Below are positions 8,020 through 17,575 of a stretch of 64,000 nt of DNA, piece after piece. The notes beneath the pieces are model-generated. The model was not told the DNA's origin, did no database searches, and saw only the letters and a program-made list of their open reading frames with translations. Both the position numbers and the translations under genes were made by a program. The first letter of the stretch is position 1, and each line of letters opens with the position of its first letter. The DNA is from an uncultured Rhodobacteraceae bacterium (lineage in GTDB: Bacteria; Pseudomonadota; Alphaproteobacteria; Rhodobacterales; Rhodobacteraceae): the NCBI GenBank assembly GCA_947498985.1, contig CANMMF010000007.1, positions 192,686-256,685 of the forward strand, written 5' to 3'.

Positions 8020-9244
8020 CCGCACGCGGTCACACCACCCCAGGGACCTGCGCCACGACGCGCGCCGGGCCCACCATCCGGACCTGACCAGGCTGCAGGG
8101 CTGGCGGTCGATGAAGGCCGAGGCCGACCTGCCCGAAGGCCGTTGGGACGAAGAGCGGCGCTGGGCGCTGCGCATGGGTCTCACCGGGGCCGACAGCATC
8201 GAGGACAAGTCCATTCCCACCTTCGCGCGCGGAGAGCTGCCGCATTACGCCGGGATCAACACCTTTCTCAAGGCGCCCTACGCCGAGGACGTCACCGAGG
8301 TGAAGGACTATGACGCAACCGTGCTCGGGATCCCGTTCGACGGCGGCACGACCTACCGCCCGGGCACCCGCTTTGGCCCTCAAGGGGTGCGCAAGATCTC
8401 CGCGCTCTACACGCCCTACAATTACGAAATGGGTGTCGATCTGCGCGAGCAGATGACGCTCTGCGATGCGGGCGACGTGTTCACGATCCCGGCCAATCTG
8501 GAAAAATCCTTCGATCAGATCAGCCGCGCGGTGAGCCACGTCTTTTCGTCCGGCTCGCTGCCGGTGATGATCGGCGGCGACCATTCCATCGGGTTTCCCT
8601 GCGTGCGCGGCATTGCCGAATGCACGTCGAAAAAGATCGGCATCGTGCATTTCGACCGGCACGCCGACATTCAGGAAAAGGATCTCGACGAGCGCATGCA
8701 CACCACGCCGTGGTTTCACTCCACCAACCTGCCAAACGTGCCCGCGCGCAACCTCGTTCAGGTCGGCATCGGCGGCTGGCAGGTCCCCAGAGAGGCGGTC
8801 AAGGTCGCGCGCGAGCGCGAGACCAACATCATCACCATGTCCGACATGGAGGCGATGGGCGTCGACAAGACCGCCGAAATGGCGCTGGAGATGGCGTGGG
8901 ACGGCGTCGACATGGTCTACATGTCCTTCGATATCGACAGCATCGATTGCGGTTTTGTGCCGGGCACGGGCTGGCCCGAACCCGGTGGTTTCCTGCCGCG
9001 AGAGGCGCTGGCGCTGGCCTCGAAGGTCGCCGCCGAAGGCATTTGCGGCATGGAACTGGTCGAGGTCTCGCCGCCCTACGACACGTCCGACATCACCGCG
9101 CTGATGGGCACAAGGGTAATCGTGGATGTGCTGGGCAGCCTTGTTGCCTCGGGCAATCTGGGCAAGCACAAGGCGCATATCGACAAGCCCGTCAGCATTC
9201 CGCATGGCGCATTCGAAGGAAAGCGGTGGTCCAATGCCACATGA
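8000..9244 (+). CDS. arginase/agmatinase/ureohydrolase-family hydrolase (candidate guanidine hydrolase, GdmH-like), 414 aa
   Basis: ATG 8000 has GAGGAG 8 nt upstream. The metal-site motifs of the arginase fold are present: IGGDHSIGF, HFDRHADI, SFDIDSIDCGFVPGTG. The N-terminal ~37 aa are His/Arg-rich (RSHHPRDLRHDARRAHHPD) with coding-like third-position GC. An alternative start is ATG 8111. Confidence 0.85.
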   Translation: MYVAPPDRTRSHHPRDLRHDARRAHHPDLTRLQGWRSMKAEADLPEGRWDEERRWALRMGLTGADSIEDKSIPTFARGELPHYAGINTFLKAPYAEDVTEVKDYDATVLGIPFDGGTTYRPGTRFGPQGVRKISALYTPYNYEMGVDLREQMTLCDAGDVFTIPANLEKSFDQISRAVSHVFSSGSLPVMIGGDHSIGFPCVRGIAECTSKKIGIVHFDRHADIQEKDLDERMHTTPWFHSTNLPNVPARNLVQVGIGGWQVPREAVKVARERETNIITMSDMEAMGVDKTAEMALEMAWDGVDMVYMSFDIDSIDCGFVPGTGWPEPGGFLPREALALASKVAAEGICGMELVEVSPPYDTSDITALMGTRVIVDVLGSLVASGNLGKHKAHIDKPVSIPHGAFEGKRWSNAT

Positions 9245-9662
9245 CATCGTCGGCGGTCAAATCGGCCACAATCACGCGCATGATCACCTGCGCAGTCACC
9301 TCAAGCCCGAGGATGAGGCCGCGGAGCTGCAGGTGCTGGCCGCGCAATTCATCGACGGGTTCGTCGCCGCCAAGGACAAGATGTCCTATCTGCGGCTGGC
9401 CGGCGTGCCGCTGGAACGCCCCGAGCCGGGGGGCGGCGCGATGATGAAGCTTGTGGACGTGCAACTGAGCACCGAATGGCAGGTCGGCACGGCTTCTCCG
9501 TCCTTTGGGTCAAGGGAGCTGAGCTATCTGCCCTATCCGGGAGAGATGGTGACCGAACGCACCAATCTGGGGTTTGTCTACGTGTCGCTGGACAGCAAAC
9601 ATGTGGTCGATCTGCGCAGCTTCCTGCATGACCGCCACGCGCATGAGGACGGCGCCGGTTAG
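9234..9662 (+). CDS. His-rich hypothetical protein, 142 aa (candidate metallochaperone)
   Basis: ATG 9234 overlaps the hydrolase stop by 11 nt. His clusters sit at both ends (GHNHAHDHLRSH ... HDRHAHEDG). I recognise no family. Confidence 0.6.
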   Translation: MPHDIVGGQIGHNHAHDHLRSHLKPEDEAAELQVLAAQFIDGFVAAKDKMSYLRLAGVPLERPEPGGGAMMKLVDVQLSTEWQVGTASPSFGSRELSYLPYPGEMVTERTNLGFVYVSLDSKHVVDLRSFLHDRHAHEDGAG

Positions 9663-10290
9663 GCCGCGCGCGTCGGGTTCGAACGCCGTGTCGGACATGC
9701 CCAGCGGGTCGAAGATCTCGGCCTGGCAGAACTCGACGATGGCGCGGCCATCCGCTTTCCCGACCACTTGTCCCGGCCAGTCGATGCTTGTCCCCTATCC
9801 CCAGCGCGTGCCCGGATCGGACATCAGCGGGTTCATCAGCGACGCCTTCGCCCCGGAGTGGATCGGCCTCGCCCCGGTCACTTCCAGGTATTTCGCCATG
9901 TCGGCGTTCCAAAACTCGTATTCCAGACTGCTGGTAAGGGTCGCGAGGTTCCGGATCGTGGCGGTTGTGTTCCGGGCGCGCAGTCTCCGGCGTGTCGCCA
10001 TCCCAGCCATCCAGAATCTCAAGCTCGTCCAAGGCGGGCAGGATCTCGGCAACGGGTCTGTCCATCGACAACTTGCCCTGGTCGATCAGGATCATCGCGG
10101 CCACAGAGCCCACCGACTTGGTCATCGAGAAGATGCGGAACGCCGTGTCTTCCCCGGCGGCGCGCCCTTCGGAGGCCTGACCGGCCGCCCCGGAATAGCG
10201 CACCCCGTTGGTGTCGGCGGCCATGGCCAGGACAAAGGGGACATCGCCCGACGAAACGGCCGCCTTCAGAACATCATCCATCCCTGACAT
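9663..10290 (-). pseudogene. serine hydrolase (class C beta-lactamase/esterase family) pseudogene
   Basis: The N-terminal part is intact and carries the SxxK motif (FSMTKSVGSVAAMILIDQG). There is a frameshift near 9990: the text continues in another frame as RLRARNTTATIRNLATLTSSLEYEFWN. An in-frame TAG lies at 9795-9797. Homology stops at ...PLGMSDTAFEPDAR, exactly at the end of the neighbouring gene (9662), so roughly the C-terminal half is missing. Confidence 0.75.
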
Positions 10291-10538
10291 CACATCCTGC
10301 CTCACCTTGCCCGGCTCAGTGTCTCCGCAGAGGTGCCGTGCGTCACTGGCACCTTGCCGCCGGTCGCGGGCGCGGCGGGGTGCCCGTCGGCCGTTGTTTC
10401 CAAGGTCGTGTGGCCCGGAGACGGCGGACCGGATGGACGGCGCTCGGCCGGATCACGCGAACCGGTCACCGGCCAAGGGCCAAACCGGTGCATGCGCGCC
10501 GCCATACTTTGCGCATTCACGCGACAGGCCCACGCGAG

Positions 10539-10796
10539 TCAGACCATCGCGCCCTTGCGGCGGACCAGACAGCCCAGCACGCCCGCCACGACGCCCACGG
10601 CAACCGAGACCGCAAGTTCCAGCCCGCCCGCCGCGGCCAGCGAAAAACCCGAAAAGATCATTGCCTCCAGCAGGCCGACGAGACCGCCGAATACTGCGGC
10701 CAGCGCCGGTCGCCGCGTCAGCAGGCCCAGACTGAACCCGAGAATCCCCGGCAGGCTGAGGATATTGCCTGCAATCGTTCCAATAAACTCCAGCAT
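10539..10796 (-). CDS. small hydrophobic membrane protein, 85 aa (possibly GlsB/YeaQ/YmgE-like)
   Basis: Gly/Ala/Leu-rich ORF with 2-3 predicted TM segments, 20 nt downstream of napC on the same strand. The family assignment is tentative. Confidence 0.45.
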   Translation of the reverse strand: MLEFIGTIAGNILSLPGILGFSLGLLTRRPALAAVFGGLVGLLEAMIFSGFSLAAAGGLELAVSVAVGVVAGVLGCLVRRKGAMV

Positions 10797-10816
10797 CCGA
10801 GACCTCCTGCCTCCGT

Positions 10817-11515
10817 TCAGCGTGCGTCGGAAAGAAAACTGCGGATCGCCTGCGCGTCGATCCGGGCGCTCTGATGCGCCTCGGGACGTGTCCCGGGGGC
10901 CAGCGCGCGCGCCACCTTTTCGTATTCCTCAAGGTAGTTGGGCGGCAGCTTGTGCGCGATGCCCTGATGGCAGTCGATGCAGGTCATGCCCTGATCGATC
11001 GCGCGCTGGTGCTCCGACCCGGCGCGGACCTCCTGCATGGTGAAATCCATGTATTCGAACGCATGGCAATTGCGGCATTCGCGGCTGTCGGAGGCCTTCA
11101 TCTTCTTCCAGACCGCCATTGCCATCTTGGTGCGCCGCGCCTCGTATTTCTCGGCGGTGTCGATGCTGCCGGTGATCTCGTAGAAGATGTCCTTCACCGC
11201 GATGGCCTTGGCCTTCATCTTGTGGTTCCACTCCTTGGGCACATGGCAGTCAGAGCACACCGCCCGCACACCGGAATGGTTGTTGTAATGCACGGTCTCG
11301 CGGTATTCACCGAGGTTGGTCTCCATGCTGTGGCAGGACACGCAGAATTCCTCGGAATTGGACGCCGCCACCGACCAGTTGAATCCGCCCCAGAACAGGA
11401 TACCCGCCATGAACCCGGCGATCAGCACGAACCCGACGCTGAGCACCGATGACGGGGTCCAGAACCAGTCCCAGATGCGGCGCAAGGCACCGCGCGTGTC
11501 GTTAGGGTCGGCCAT
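10817..11515 (-). CDS. napC: NapC tetraheme cytochrome c quinol dehydrogenase
   Basis: N-terminal TM anchor plus four CxxCH motifs (CVSCH, CSDCH, CRNCH, CIDCH). Confidence 0.92.
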   Translation of the reverse strand: MADPNDTRGALRRIWDWFWTPSSVLSVGFVLIAGFMAGILFWGGFNWSVAASNSEEFCVSCHSMETNLGEYRETVHYNNHSGVRAVCSDCHVPKEWNHKMKAKAIAVKDIFYEITGSIDTAEKYEARRTKMAMAVWKKMKASDSRECRNCHAFEYMDFTMQEVRAGSEHQRAIDQGMTCIDCHQGIAHKLPPNYLEEYEKVARALAPGTRPEAHQSARIDAQAIRSFLSDAR

Positions 11516-11541
11516 GGGGAGCCCTCCTTCTTATGTCCGGG

Positions 11542-11979
11542 TCAATTGTCGGGCGAGGCGCGGAAGATGTTGTTCACAAGGCTCGGGGCATCGACCTGCG
11601 GCACATGGCACTGATTGCAGAAATACCGGGTGCCCGCGATGTGATCGAGCTCATTGCCGTCGCGGTCGAGATAATGGGTCATCGACAGGGTCGGTGCGTT
11701 GCGCTCTCCGGCCTTGGTCCAGTCATGGCAGCTCAGGCACTGGTTGGCGCGCAGATCGATCTGGTATTGCTCGATGGAATGCGGGATCAGCGGCGGCTGC
11801 TGGCGGTAGTTGCGCTGCATGCGCCGCTCGACATTCTGGTAGGCCTTCCCGGGCACAACCGGATCATCCACCGCGGCACCCCGCAAAGAATAGACATCCG
11901 AGGTTTGGGCAACGGCAAGGCCGCCAGCCGCCAGAAGCGTCGCAAGCACGATATGGCTCAGTCTGATCGGCGTTTTCAT
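11542..11979 (-). CDS. napB: NapB diheme cytochrome c subunit
   Basis: Signal peptide and two CxxCH motifs (CLSCH, CNQCH). 145 aa. Confidence 0.9.
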   Translation of the reverse strand: MKTPIRLSHIVLATLLAAGGLAVAQTSDVYSLRGAAVDDPVVPGKAYQNVERRMQRNYRQQPPLIPHSIEQYQIDLRANQCLSCHDWTKAGERNAPTLSMTHYLDRDGNELDHIAGTRYFCNQCHVPQVDAPSLVNNIFRASPDN

Positions 11980-12045
11980 GAGACGATTCCCTTTGTTGTC
12001 ATGCCGCCTGGTTGTCCGGCGCCGGTGGTAGATCTGCGAGGCCGG

Positions 12046-12906
12046 TCACGGCGTCGTCGAACCGAGGGTGAATTTGAAGACGTCCATCGCGCACACGTCG
12101 ATGCAGCGGCCGCAATTGGTGCAATCGGGAGAGAGGACAAGCGGCGAGGTGCCGGGCTTGCCTTTCAGCGCGGGCGAGATGACCTGGTTTTCCGGGCAGA
12201 CATGGTAGCAATCCATGCAGTCGTCGCAGGCGGCCCGCGCGGGCGCGCTGACGCGCAGAACGGATTTGGTGCCGACCAGCCCGTAAAACGCGCCGACCGG
12301 GCAGAGATGCCCGCACCAGCCGCGCCGGGCGACCACCAGATCGAAGACGAAGATCAAGAGGACCAGCGCCCAGACAAACCCCATGCCGAAGATCAGCCCG
12401 CGGTGCAGCATCGTGACCGGGTTCACGGCTTCCCAGGCGATGGTGCCGGTGAGACCAGAGACCACGAGCGCCGCGCCGAGCAGCCAGAGCCGCGTGCCGC
12501 GTCTGGGCTGCCAACCTTTCGGCAGGCCAAGGCGCTTGTGCAGCCAGAAGGCGCCATCCGTCACCGGGTTGATCGGGCACACCCAGGCGCAATAGCTCCG
12601 CCCGCCAAGAAGCGCGTAGGCCGCCAGAACGATCCCGGCACCGATCAGCGCGGTCAGTTCGGGCCAGTGCCCGGCGACAAGGCTCTGGGCGGCGACGAAC
12701 GGGTCGGTGAGCGGCAGGATGTTCAGCGTGAGCGACCCCGCCAGCGTGCCTTGGGTGATCCAGAGGCCAAACCACGGGCCGCTCAGGAACAGCGCAAGAA
12801 AGAAGAGCTGGCTCGCGCGGCGCAGCAGCAGGTAGCGATGCGCGCTCAGCCAGCCTTTTGTCTCGCGGGCCTCGGCGCCGGCCGGAGAATGCGTGCGCGC
12901 GCTCAT
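12046..12906 (-). CDS. napH: NapH membrane-bound ferredoxin-type quinol dehydrogenase
   Basis: Four TM segments and Cys clusters (CPINP, CGHLCP, CxxCxxCxxxCP twice). Overlaps the napG stop (ATGA). Confidence 0.88.
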   Translation of the reverse strand: MSARTHSPAGAEARETKGWLSAHRYLLLRRASQLFFLALFLSGPWFGLWITQGTLAGSLTLNILPLTDPFVAAQSLVAGHWPELTALIGAGIVLAAYALLGGRSYCAWVCPINPVTDGAFWLHKRLGLPKGWQPRRGTRLWLLGAALVVSGLTGTIAWEAVNPVTMLHRGLIFGMGFVWALVLLIFVFDLVVARRGWCGHLCPVGAFYGLVGTKSVLRVSAPARAACDDCMDCYHVCPENQVISPALKGKPGTSPLVLSPDCTNCGRCIDVCAMDVFKFTLGSTTP

Positions 12907-13721
12907 TGGCCTGCCCCGTCAAGCCGGAACGCGGGCTCGAACCCGCCTGGCGCCACCAGGTTGTCGGTGCCCGGGCCGGGCAGCCGGTCAGGCAGGTCGA
13001 TCACACCCTCGACAAGCGGCGCGCCGCGGGCGTCCTTTTCCTCCCAGCCGCGGCGGTAGTGATCGGCCGTTTCCGCGCGCGCCAGCCGCACCGGCAGCAC
13101 TTTGATCGCCGCTTCGGGCAAGACGCAGCTGTGCTCGCATTTGCCGCAGCCGGTGCAATGTTCCGCATGCACGGTGGGCGCAAAGGTCGCGTGATGGCCC
13201 GAACGTGAGTTGTGCGAGGCCTTGAGCGTAATCGCCTCGTCGATCACCGGGCAGACCCGGTAGCAGACATCGCAGCGCAGCCCGAGAAAGTTGAGACAGT
13301 TTTCCTGATCGACCAGAACCGCGACGCCCATCTGCGCGTCGTCGATATCCTCCAGCGACGCGTCGAGCGCGCCGGTCGGGCAGGCCGCGACGCAGGGGAT
13401 GTCCTCGCACATCTCGCACGGGACATCGCGCGCGGTGAAATAGGGCGTGCCCGTGGCCGCGCCATCGATGCCCAGTTCGGCCAGTTTCAGTGTGTCGTAA
13501 GGACAGCCGCGCATGCACAGGCCACAGCGGATGCAGGCCGACAGGAACGCGTCTTCGTCAAGCGCTCCGGGCGGGCGGATCGCGTCTGCAGGCAGCGCGC
13601 GGGCATCCCGGGCGAGATAGGCCAGCGCAGAGCCCGCAAGCACGCAGCCGCCCGCCGCCCGCGCCGTGTCCGTGAGGAACCGGCGGCGGCTGGCAGAGCG
13701 CAGAGTGTCGAGCATGGGCAT
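12903..13721 (-). CDS. napG: NapG periplasmic ferredoxin-type protein
   Basis: Trimmed to ATG 13721 ([18 protein letters not shown], a Tat signal). Four 4Fe-4S Cys motifs. Confidence 0.88.
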   Translation of the reverse strand: MPMLDTLRSASRRRFLTDTARAAGGCVLAGSALAYLARDARALPADAIRPPGALDEDAFLSACIRCGLCMRGCPYDTLKLAELGIDGAATGTPYFTARDVPCEMCEDIPCVAACPTGALDASLEDIDDAQMGVAVLVDQENCLNFLGLRCDVCYRVCPVIDEAITLKASHNSRSGHHATFAPTVHAEHCTGCGKCEHSCVLPEAAIKVLPVRLARAETADHYRRGWEEKDARGAPLVEGVIDLPDRLPGPGTDNLVAPGGFEPAFRLDGAGQ

Positions 13722-13746
13722 CGCTTGGTCTATTCCCCGGACCCGA

Positions 13747-16251
13747 TCAGGCCCGGACCACCCGGCAGGCGCATTTCTTGAAATCGGTCTCTTTCGAGAT
13801 CGGGCAGGTGGCGTCGAGCACAAGCTTGTTGGTCAGCTGTCCCTCATCGAACCACGGCATGAACACGACCCCCGGCGGCATCTTGTTGCGACCGCGGGTT
13901 TCGACGCGGCTCAGAACCACACCGCGACGGGTCGAGATCTCGATCTCCTGTCCGCGTCGCACACCGCGGTCACGGGCGTCATCGGGATGCATGTAGACCA
14001 CCGCCGCCGGGAAGGAGCGGTGCAGCTCCGGCACGCGGCGGGTCATCGAGCCCGAATGCCAGTGCTCCAGCACCCGGCCGGTCACAAGCCAGAGGTCATA
14101 TTCCTCGTCGGGCATCTCGGCAGGCGGCTCGTAGGGGGCAAAGATGATGTTGGCGCGCCCGTCGGGTTTGCCGTAAAACCGAACGCCTTCGCCTTCGGGC
14201 ACATACGGGTCATAGCCTTCGCGGAAGCGGTAGAGCGTTTCCTGCCCGTCCACCACGGGCCAGCGCAGCCCGCGCGCGTTGTGGTAGACATCGAACTCGG
14301 CAAGATCATGCGCCTTGCCGCGCCCGAACTCCGCGTATTCCTCGAACAGCCCCTTCTGGACGTAAAAGCCGAAATCCTGGCTTTCCTGGTTGTTGAAGCC
14401 TTCGGCGACCTCGCTCACCGGGTATTTGTCGACCGTGCCATTTGTGAACAGCACCTCGTAGAGCGTCTTGCCGCGCAGCTCGGGCATTTGCGACAACAGC
14501 TCCTCGCCCCAGGCCTCTTCGGTGGTGAAGCGCTTGGAGAACTCCATGACCTGCCAGAGATCCGACCGGGAGTCGCCCGGGGCGTCGACCTGCTGGCGCC
14601 AGAATTGCGTGCGCCGCTCGGCATTGCCGTAAGCGCCCTCCTTCTCGACCCACATGGCGGTGGGCAGGATCAGATCCGCGGTCATCGCGGTGACCGTGGG
14701 GTAGGGCTCAGAGACGGTGATGAAATTTTCGGGGTTCCGGTAGCCCGGGATCCCCTCCTCGTTCATGTTGGGTGCCGCTTGCAGGTTGTTGTTGCACTGC
14801 ACCCAATGGCAGTTGAGCTCGCCATCCTTGAGTTTGCGGTGCTGCAACACGGCGTGAAAGCCGGGCTTGGACGGGATGGTGCCCGCCGGGACACCCCAGG
14901 CGGTCTCGCAGATCTCGCGGTGGGCGTCGTTCATCACCACCATGTCGGCGGGCAGACGGTGGGCGAAGGTGCCCACTTCGCGCGCGGTGCCACAGGCCGA
15001 CGGCTGTCCGGTGAGCGAGAAGGGCGAGTTGCCGGGCTCCGCGATCTTTCCGGTCAGCAGGTGGATATTGTAGAGCAGCCCGTTGACCCAGGAGCCGCGC
15101 GTGTGCTGGTTGAACCCCATGGTCCAGAGGCTCATGACCTTGCGGTCGGGATCGGCATATTGCTTCGCGAGCCGCTCGAGGCTCGCTGCGGGCACACCCG
15201 ACAGCCCGGACACCTTGTCGAGCGTGTAGTCGCTGACGGCCGCGGCGTATTCGTCAAAGCTCATCGGGTCGAGCTTGCCGTGCTTGCCTTCATGCGAGGG
15301 GTTCTCGGCGGCCTGCTCGAGCGGGTGCGTGGGCCGCAGCCCATAGCCGATATCGGTGGCCGTGCGGGTGATGTTCACGTGATTGGCGACGAACTCCTCG
15401 TTCACCGCACCGGTCTGGATGATGTAATTCGCGATGTAGTTCAGGATCGCGAGATCGGTCTGCGGAGTGAAAATCATGCCGTTATCGGCCAGCTCGAAGG
15501 ACCGGTGCTCGAAGGTCGACAGCACATGCACCTCTGCACCGGGCTTGGTCAGGCGCGTGTCGGTCAGGCGCGACCAGAGGATCGGGTGCATCTCGGCCAT
15601 GTTCGAGCCCCAGAGCACAAAGGTGTCGGCATGCTCGAGATCGTCATAGCAGCCCATCGGCTCGTCGATGCCGAAGGCGCGGATGAAGGCGGCCACGGCA
15701 GAGGCCATGCAGTGGCGCGCGTTGGGGTCGATATTGTTGGACCGCAGCCCGGCTTTCATGAACTTGGCGGCGGCATACCCTTCCCAGACGGTCCATTGAC
15801 CGGACCCGAAGATGGAGACCGCGCTCGGCCCCTTGTCGCGCAGCGCCGCCTTCCATTTCTCGGCCATGACGTCAAAGGCTTCGTCCCAGCTGACCGGCTC
15901 GAAACGTCCGTTCTTGTCGAAGACACCGTTCGACTTGCGCAGCAGCGGCGTGGTCAGACGGTCTTCGCCATACATGATCTTGGACAGGAAATAGCCCTTG
16001 ATGCAGTTCAGCCCGCGGTTCACCGGGGCATCGGGGTCGCCTTGCGTGGCCACGACGCGGCCCGCCTTGGTGCCGACCAGAACCGAGCAGCCGGTGCCGC
16101 AGAACCGGCAGGCCGCCTTGTCCCAGCGGATATCCGATCCCGTCGTCTGCGCCGCCGCCTGACCTGTCGCGAGCGGGATACCGGCAGCGGAGGCCGTCGC
16201 GGCGGCGGCGCTGGCCTTCAGAAAGCTGCGGCGCGAATTAGATATGGTCAT
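13747..16251 (-). CDS. napA: NapA periplasmic nitrate reductase catalytic subunit
   Basis: Trimmed to ATG 16251 ([24 protein letters not shown], a Tat signal). N-terminal CRFCGTGC 4Fe-4S motif. 834 aa molybdopterin oxidoreductase. Confidence 0.95.
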   Translation of the reverse strand: MTISNSRRSFLKASAAAATASAAGIPLATGQAAAQTTGSDIRWDKAACRFCGTGCSVLVGTKAGRVVATQGDPDAPVNRGLNCIKGYFLSKIMYGEDRLTTPLLRKSNGVFDKNGRFEPVSWDEAFDVMAEKWKAALRDKGPSAVSIFGSGQWTVWEGYAAAKFMKAGLRSNNIDPNARHCMASAVAAFIRAFGIDEPMGCYDDLEHADTFVLWGSNMAEMHPILWSRLTDTRLTKPGAEVHVLSTFEHRSFELADNGMIFTPQTDLAILNYIANYIIQTGAVNEEFVANHVNITRTATDIGYGLRPTHPLEQAAENPSHEGKHGKLDPMSFDEYAAAVSDYTLDKVSGLSGVPAASLERLAKQYADPDRKVMSLWTMGFNQHTRGSWVNGLLYNIHLLTGKIAEPGNSPFSLTGQPSACGTAREVGTFAHRLPADMVVMNDAHREICETAWGVPAGTIPSKPGFHAVLQHRKLKDGELNCHWVQCNNNLQAAPNMNEEGIPGYRNPENFITVSEPYPTVTAMTADLILPTAMWVEKEGAYGNAERRTQFWRQQVDAPGDSRSDLWQVMEFSKRFTTEEAWGEELLSQMPELRGKTLYEVLFTNGTVDKYPVSEVAEGFNNQESQDFGFYVQKGLFEEYAEFGRGKAHDLAEFDVYHNARGLRWPVVDGQETLYRFREGYDPYVPEGEGVRFYGKPDGRANIIFAPYEPPAEMPDEEYDLWLVTGRVLEHWHSGSMTRRVPELHRSFPAAVVYMHPDDARDRGVRRGQEIEISTRRGVVLSRVETRGRNKMPPGVVFMPWFDEGQLTNKLVLDATCPISKETDFKKCACRVVRA

Positions 16252-16540
16252 TGTGCTGGCCTCCGTTTGGGCGGGAAAGAGGTGACGGCCGGGCGGCATC
16301 GGGGCTGCCGGTCTCTTCGAAATGGTGATAGGTCAGCGTCAGCGAGACGACGCCCGGGATCTGGTGCAGATCCATGATGATTTCGGAGGCAAACCGGGTC
16401 GCGGTGTCTTCGACGACAACCACGATCCGCCCGTCCTCGTTCTGCGCGTGCACTTCCGCGCCCTCCGTGGCGTCGATCGCGTGGATCGCTGCCGCGGCGC
16501 TGTCGGGCACGACATGCACAAGGCATCCGCAAATATTCAT
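16238..16540 (-). CDS. napD: NapD chaperone
   Basis: [10 protein letters not shown]... is the typical NapD N-terminus. Overlaps the napA start and the napF stop. Confidence 0.85.
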   Translation of the reverse strand: MNICGCLVHVVPDSAAAAIHAIDATEGAEVHAQNEDGRIVVVVEDTATRFASEIIMDLHQIPGVVSLTLTYHHFEETGSPDAARPSPLSRPNGGQHNDHI

Positions 16541-17043
16541 GTCGCCTCCTCAAGGTCGGGGTGTTCGCTGAGCGTGATGGCCGCGGCGGGGCAGATGCCG
16601 ACGCAGGCGCCGCAGCCGGTGCAGAGCCCGGTGTCGACGGCGATCCGGCCCACCCGACCCGCGCGCAGATCGAAGCGCAACGCGCGCTCGTCGCAGAAGT
16701 CGGTACAGGTTCTGCACGACACGCCGTCATTCAATAGGCAGCCCGGGCCGAGCGTCGCCGCAAGCGTCCATGGCCGCTGGTCCGTGGCCTCGAAGACCGC
16801 TTCCTCGCAGGCATCGGCGCACTGGCCGCAAAAGGTGCAGGCGTCTGCCCTGAAGCTCAGCTGCGGGGTGCCGGCGGGCCCATCAAAGAGGATGCCTTGC
16901 GGGCAGGCCCTGATGCAGGCGCCGCAGGATGTGCATTTGTCCCGGACCCGAAGCTCGGTTGTCCAGGGAGGACGCTGCACGGATCCGCGCCATGCCGGCG
17001 GATTGTCAACGGCGGCGGAAGATATGCGGCGAGCCAGGTTCAT
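16537..17043 (-). CDS. napF: NapF ferredoxin-type protein
   Basis: 168 aa with several CxxCxxCxxxCP motifs. First gene of the nap operon. Confidence 0.85.
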   Translation of the reverse strand: MNLARRISSAAVDNPPAWRGSVQRPPWTTELRVRDKCTSCGACIRACPQGILFDGPAGTPQLSFRADACTFCGQCADACEEAVFEATDQRPWTLAATLGPGCLLNDGVSCRTCTDFCDERALRFDLRAGRVGRIAVDTGLCTGCGACVGICPAAAITLSEHPDLEEAT

Positions 17044-17182
17044 CGGCGCGGCGTCACCGGAGCCGCGGGCTTGCGCGACGGGCCAGGCCGGCAGGCACGC
17101 GCCACCCAGCGACCATACCCTCGTGTCCCAGACACCATTTCAGCGCCGTCGACCAATGATTGCCCCTCCGGAGTTTTTCCCG

Positions 17183-17224
17183 ATGCTAAGGGCGCGCGCG
17201 GCGCTTTCCCTTGACGAAAGTCAA
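17183..17224 (-). promoter_or_regulatory. FNR/CRP-family box with a class II-spaced -10 element upstream of napF
   Basis: Perfect palindrome TTGACGAAAGTCAA at 17211-17224. On the minus strand it is followed by exactly 22 nt and then TAGCAT (17188-17183). This is the geometry expected for a site centred at -41.5. Confidence 0.6.
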
Positions 17225-17543
17225 GAGCTTGGCCCGTGGCTGGCTGGCGCGGGCCGGGCAGGCGGTCGCGGGGTTGCCGCGGCCAAAGCGAGACGGGACG
17301 ACCTTTGCCGAAAGGCTGTTGCAAAGAGCGGAAGTCAGAACGCGGAGTGCCGTCCTTCGCGGTCCCCTCGGGTGGCCAGAGACGCCTGCGCAGGTTTGCG
17401 CCGCGGCCTTTCGGATTGCCTGCGCGTGCCTGGGACAGCCTCGCGTGGCGACGTTTTCACGCGGGGAGTGAGGCAGGCTTTCGCTCGCGCACCCGTCGGA
17501 GGAGACCCGCGGCCTTCACATCACCGAAAGCCCGCAACCAGCC

Positions 17544-17575
17544 TCAAAACCAGGTGACGCAAGGCACGGCGTCAC
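17544..17575 (-). terminator. candidate intrinsic terminator after the ANL-CphA-like gene
   Basis: Minus strand reads GTGACGC-CGTGCCTT-GCGTCAC followed by CTGGTTTTG. The 7-bp stem overlaps the TGA stop (17572-17574). The U-tract is short. Confidence 0.45.

Noticed and set aside
17044-17210. Possible Moco riboswitch in the long napF leader (the segment GGGAAAAACTCCGGAGGGGCA).
   Set aside because: Only a vague resemblance to the CCUCCGAG-type core. I could not lay out the conserved helices. It would need a covariance-model search (Rfam Moco_RNA_motif) to revisit.
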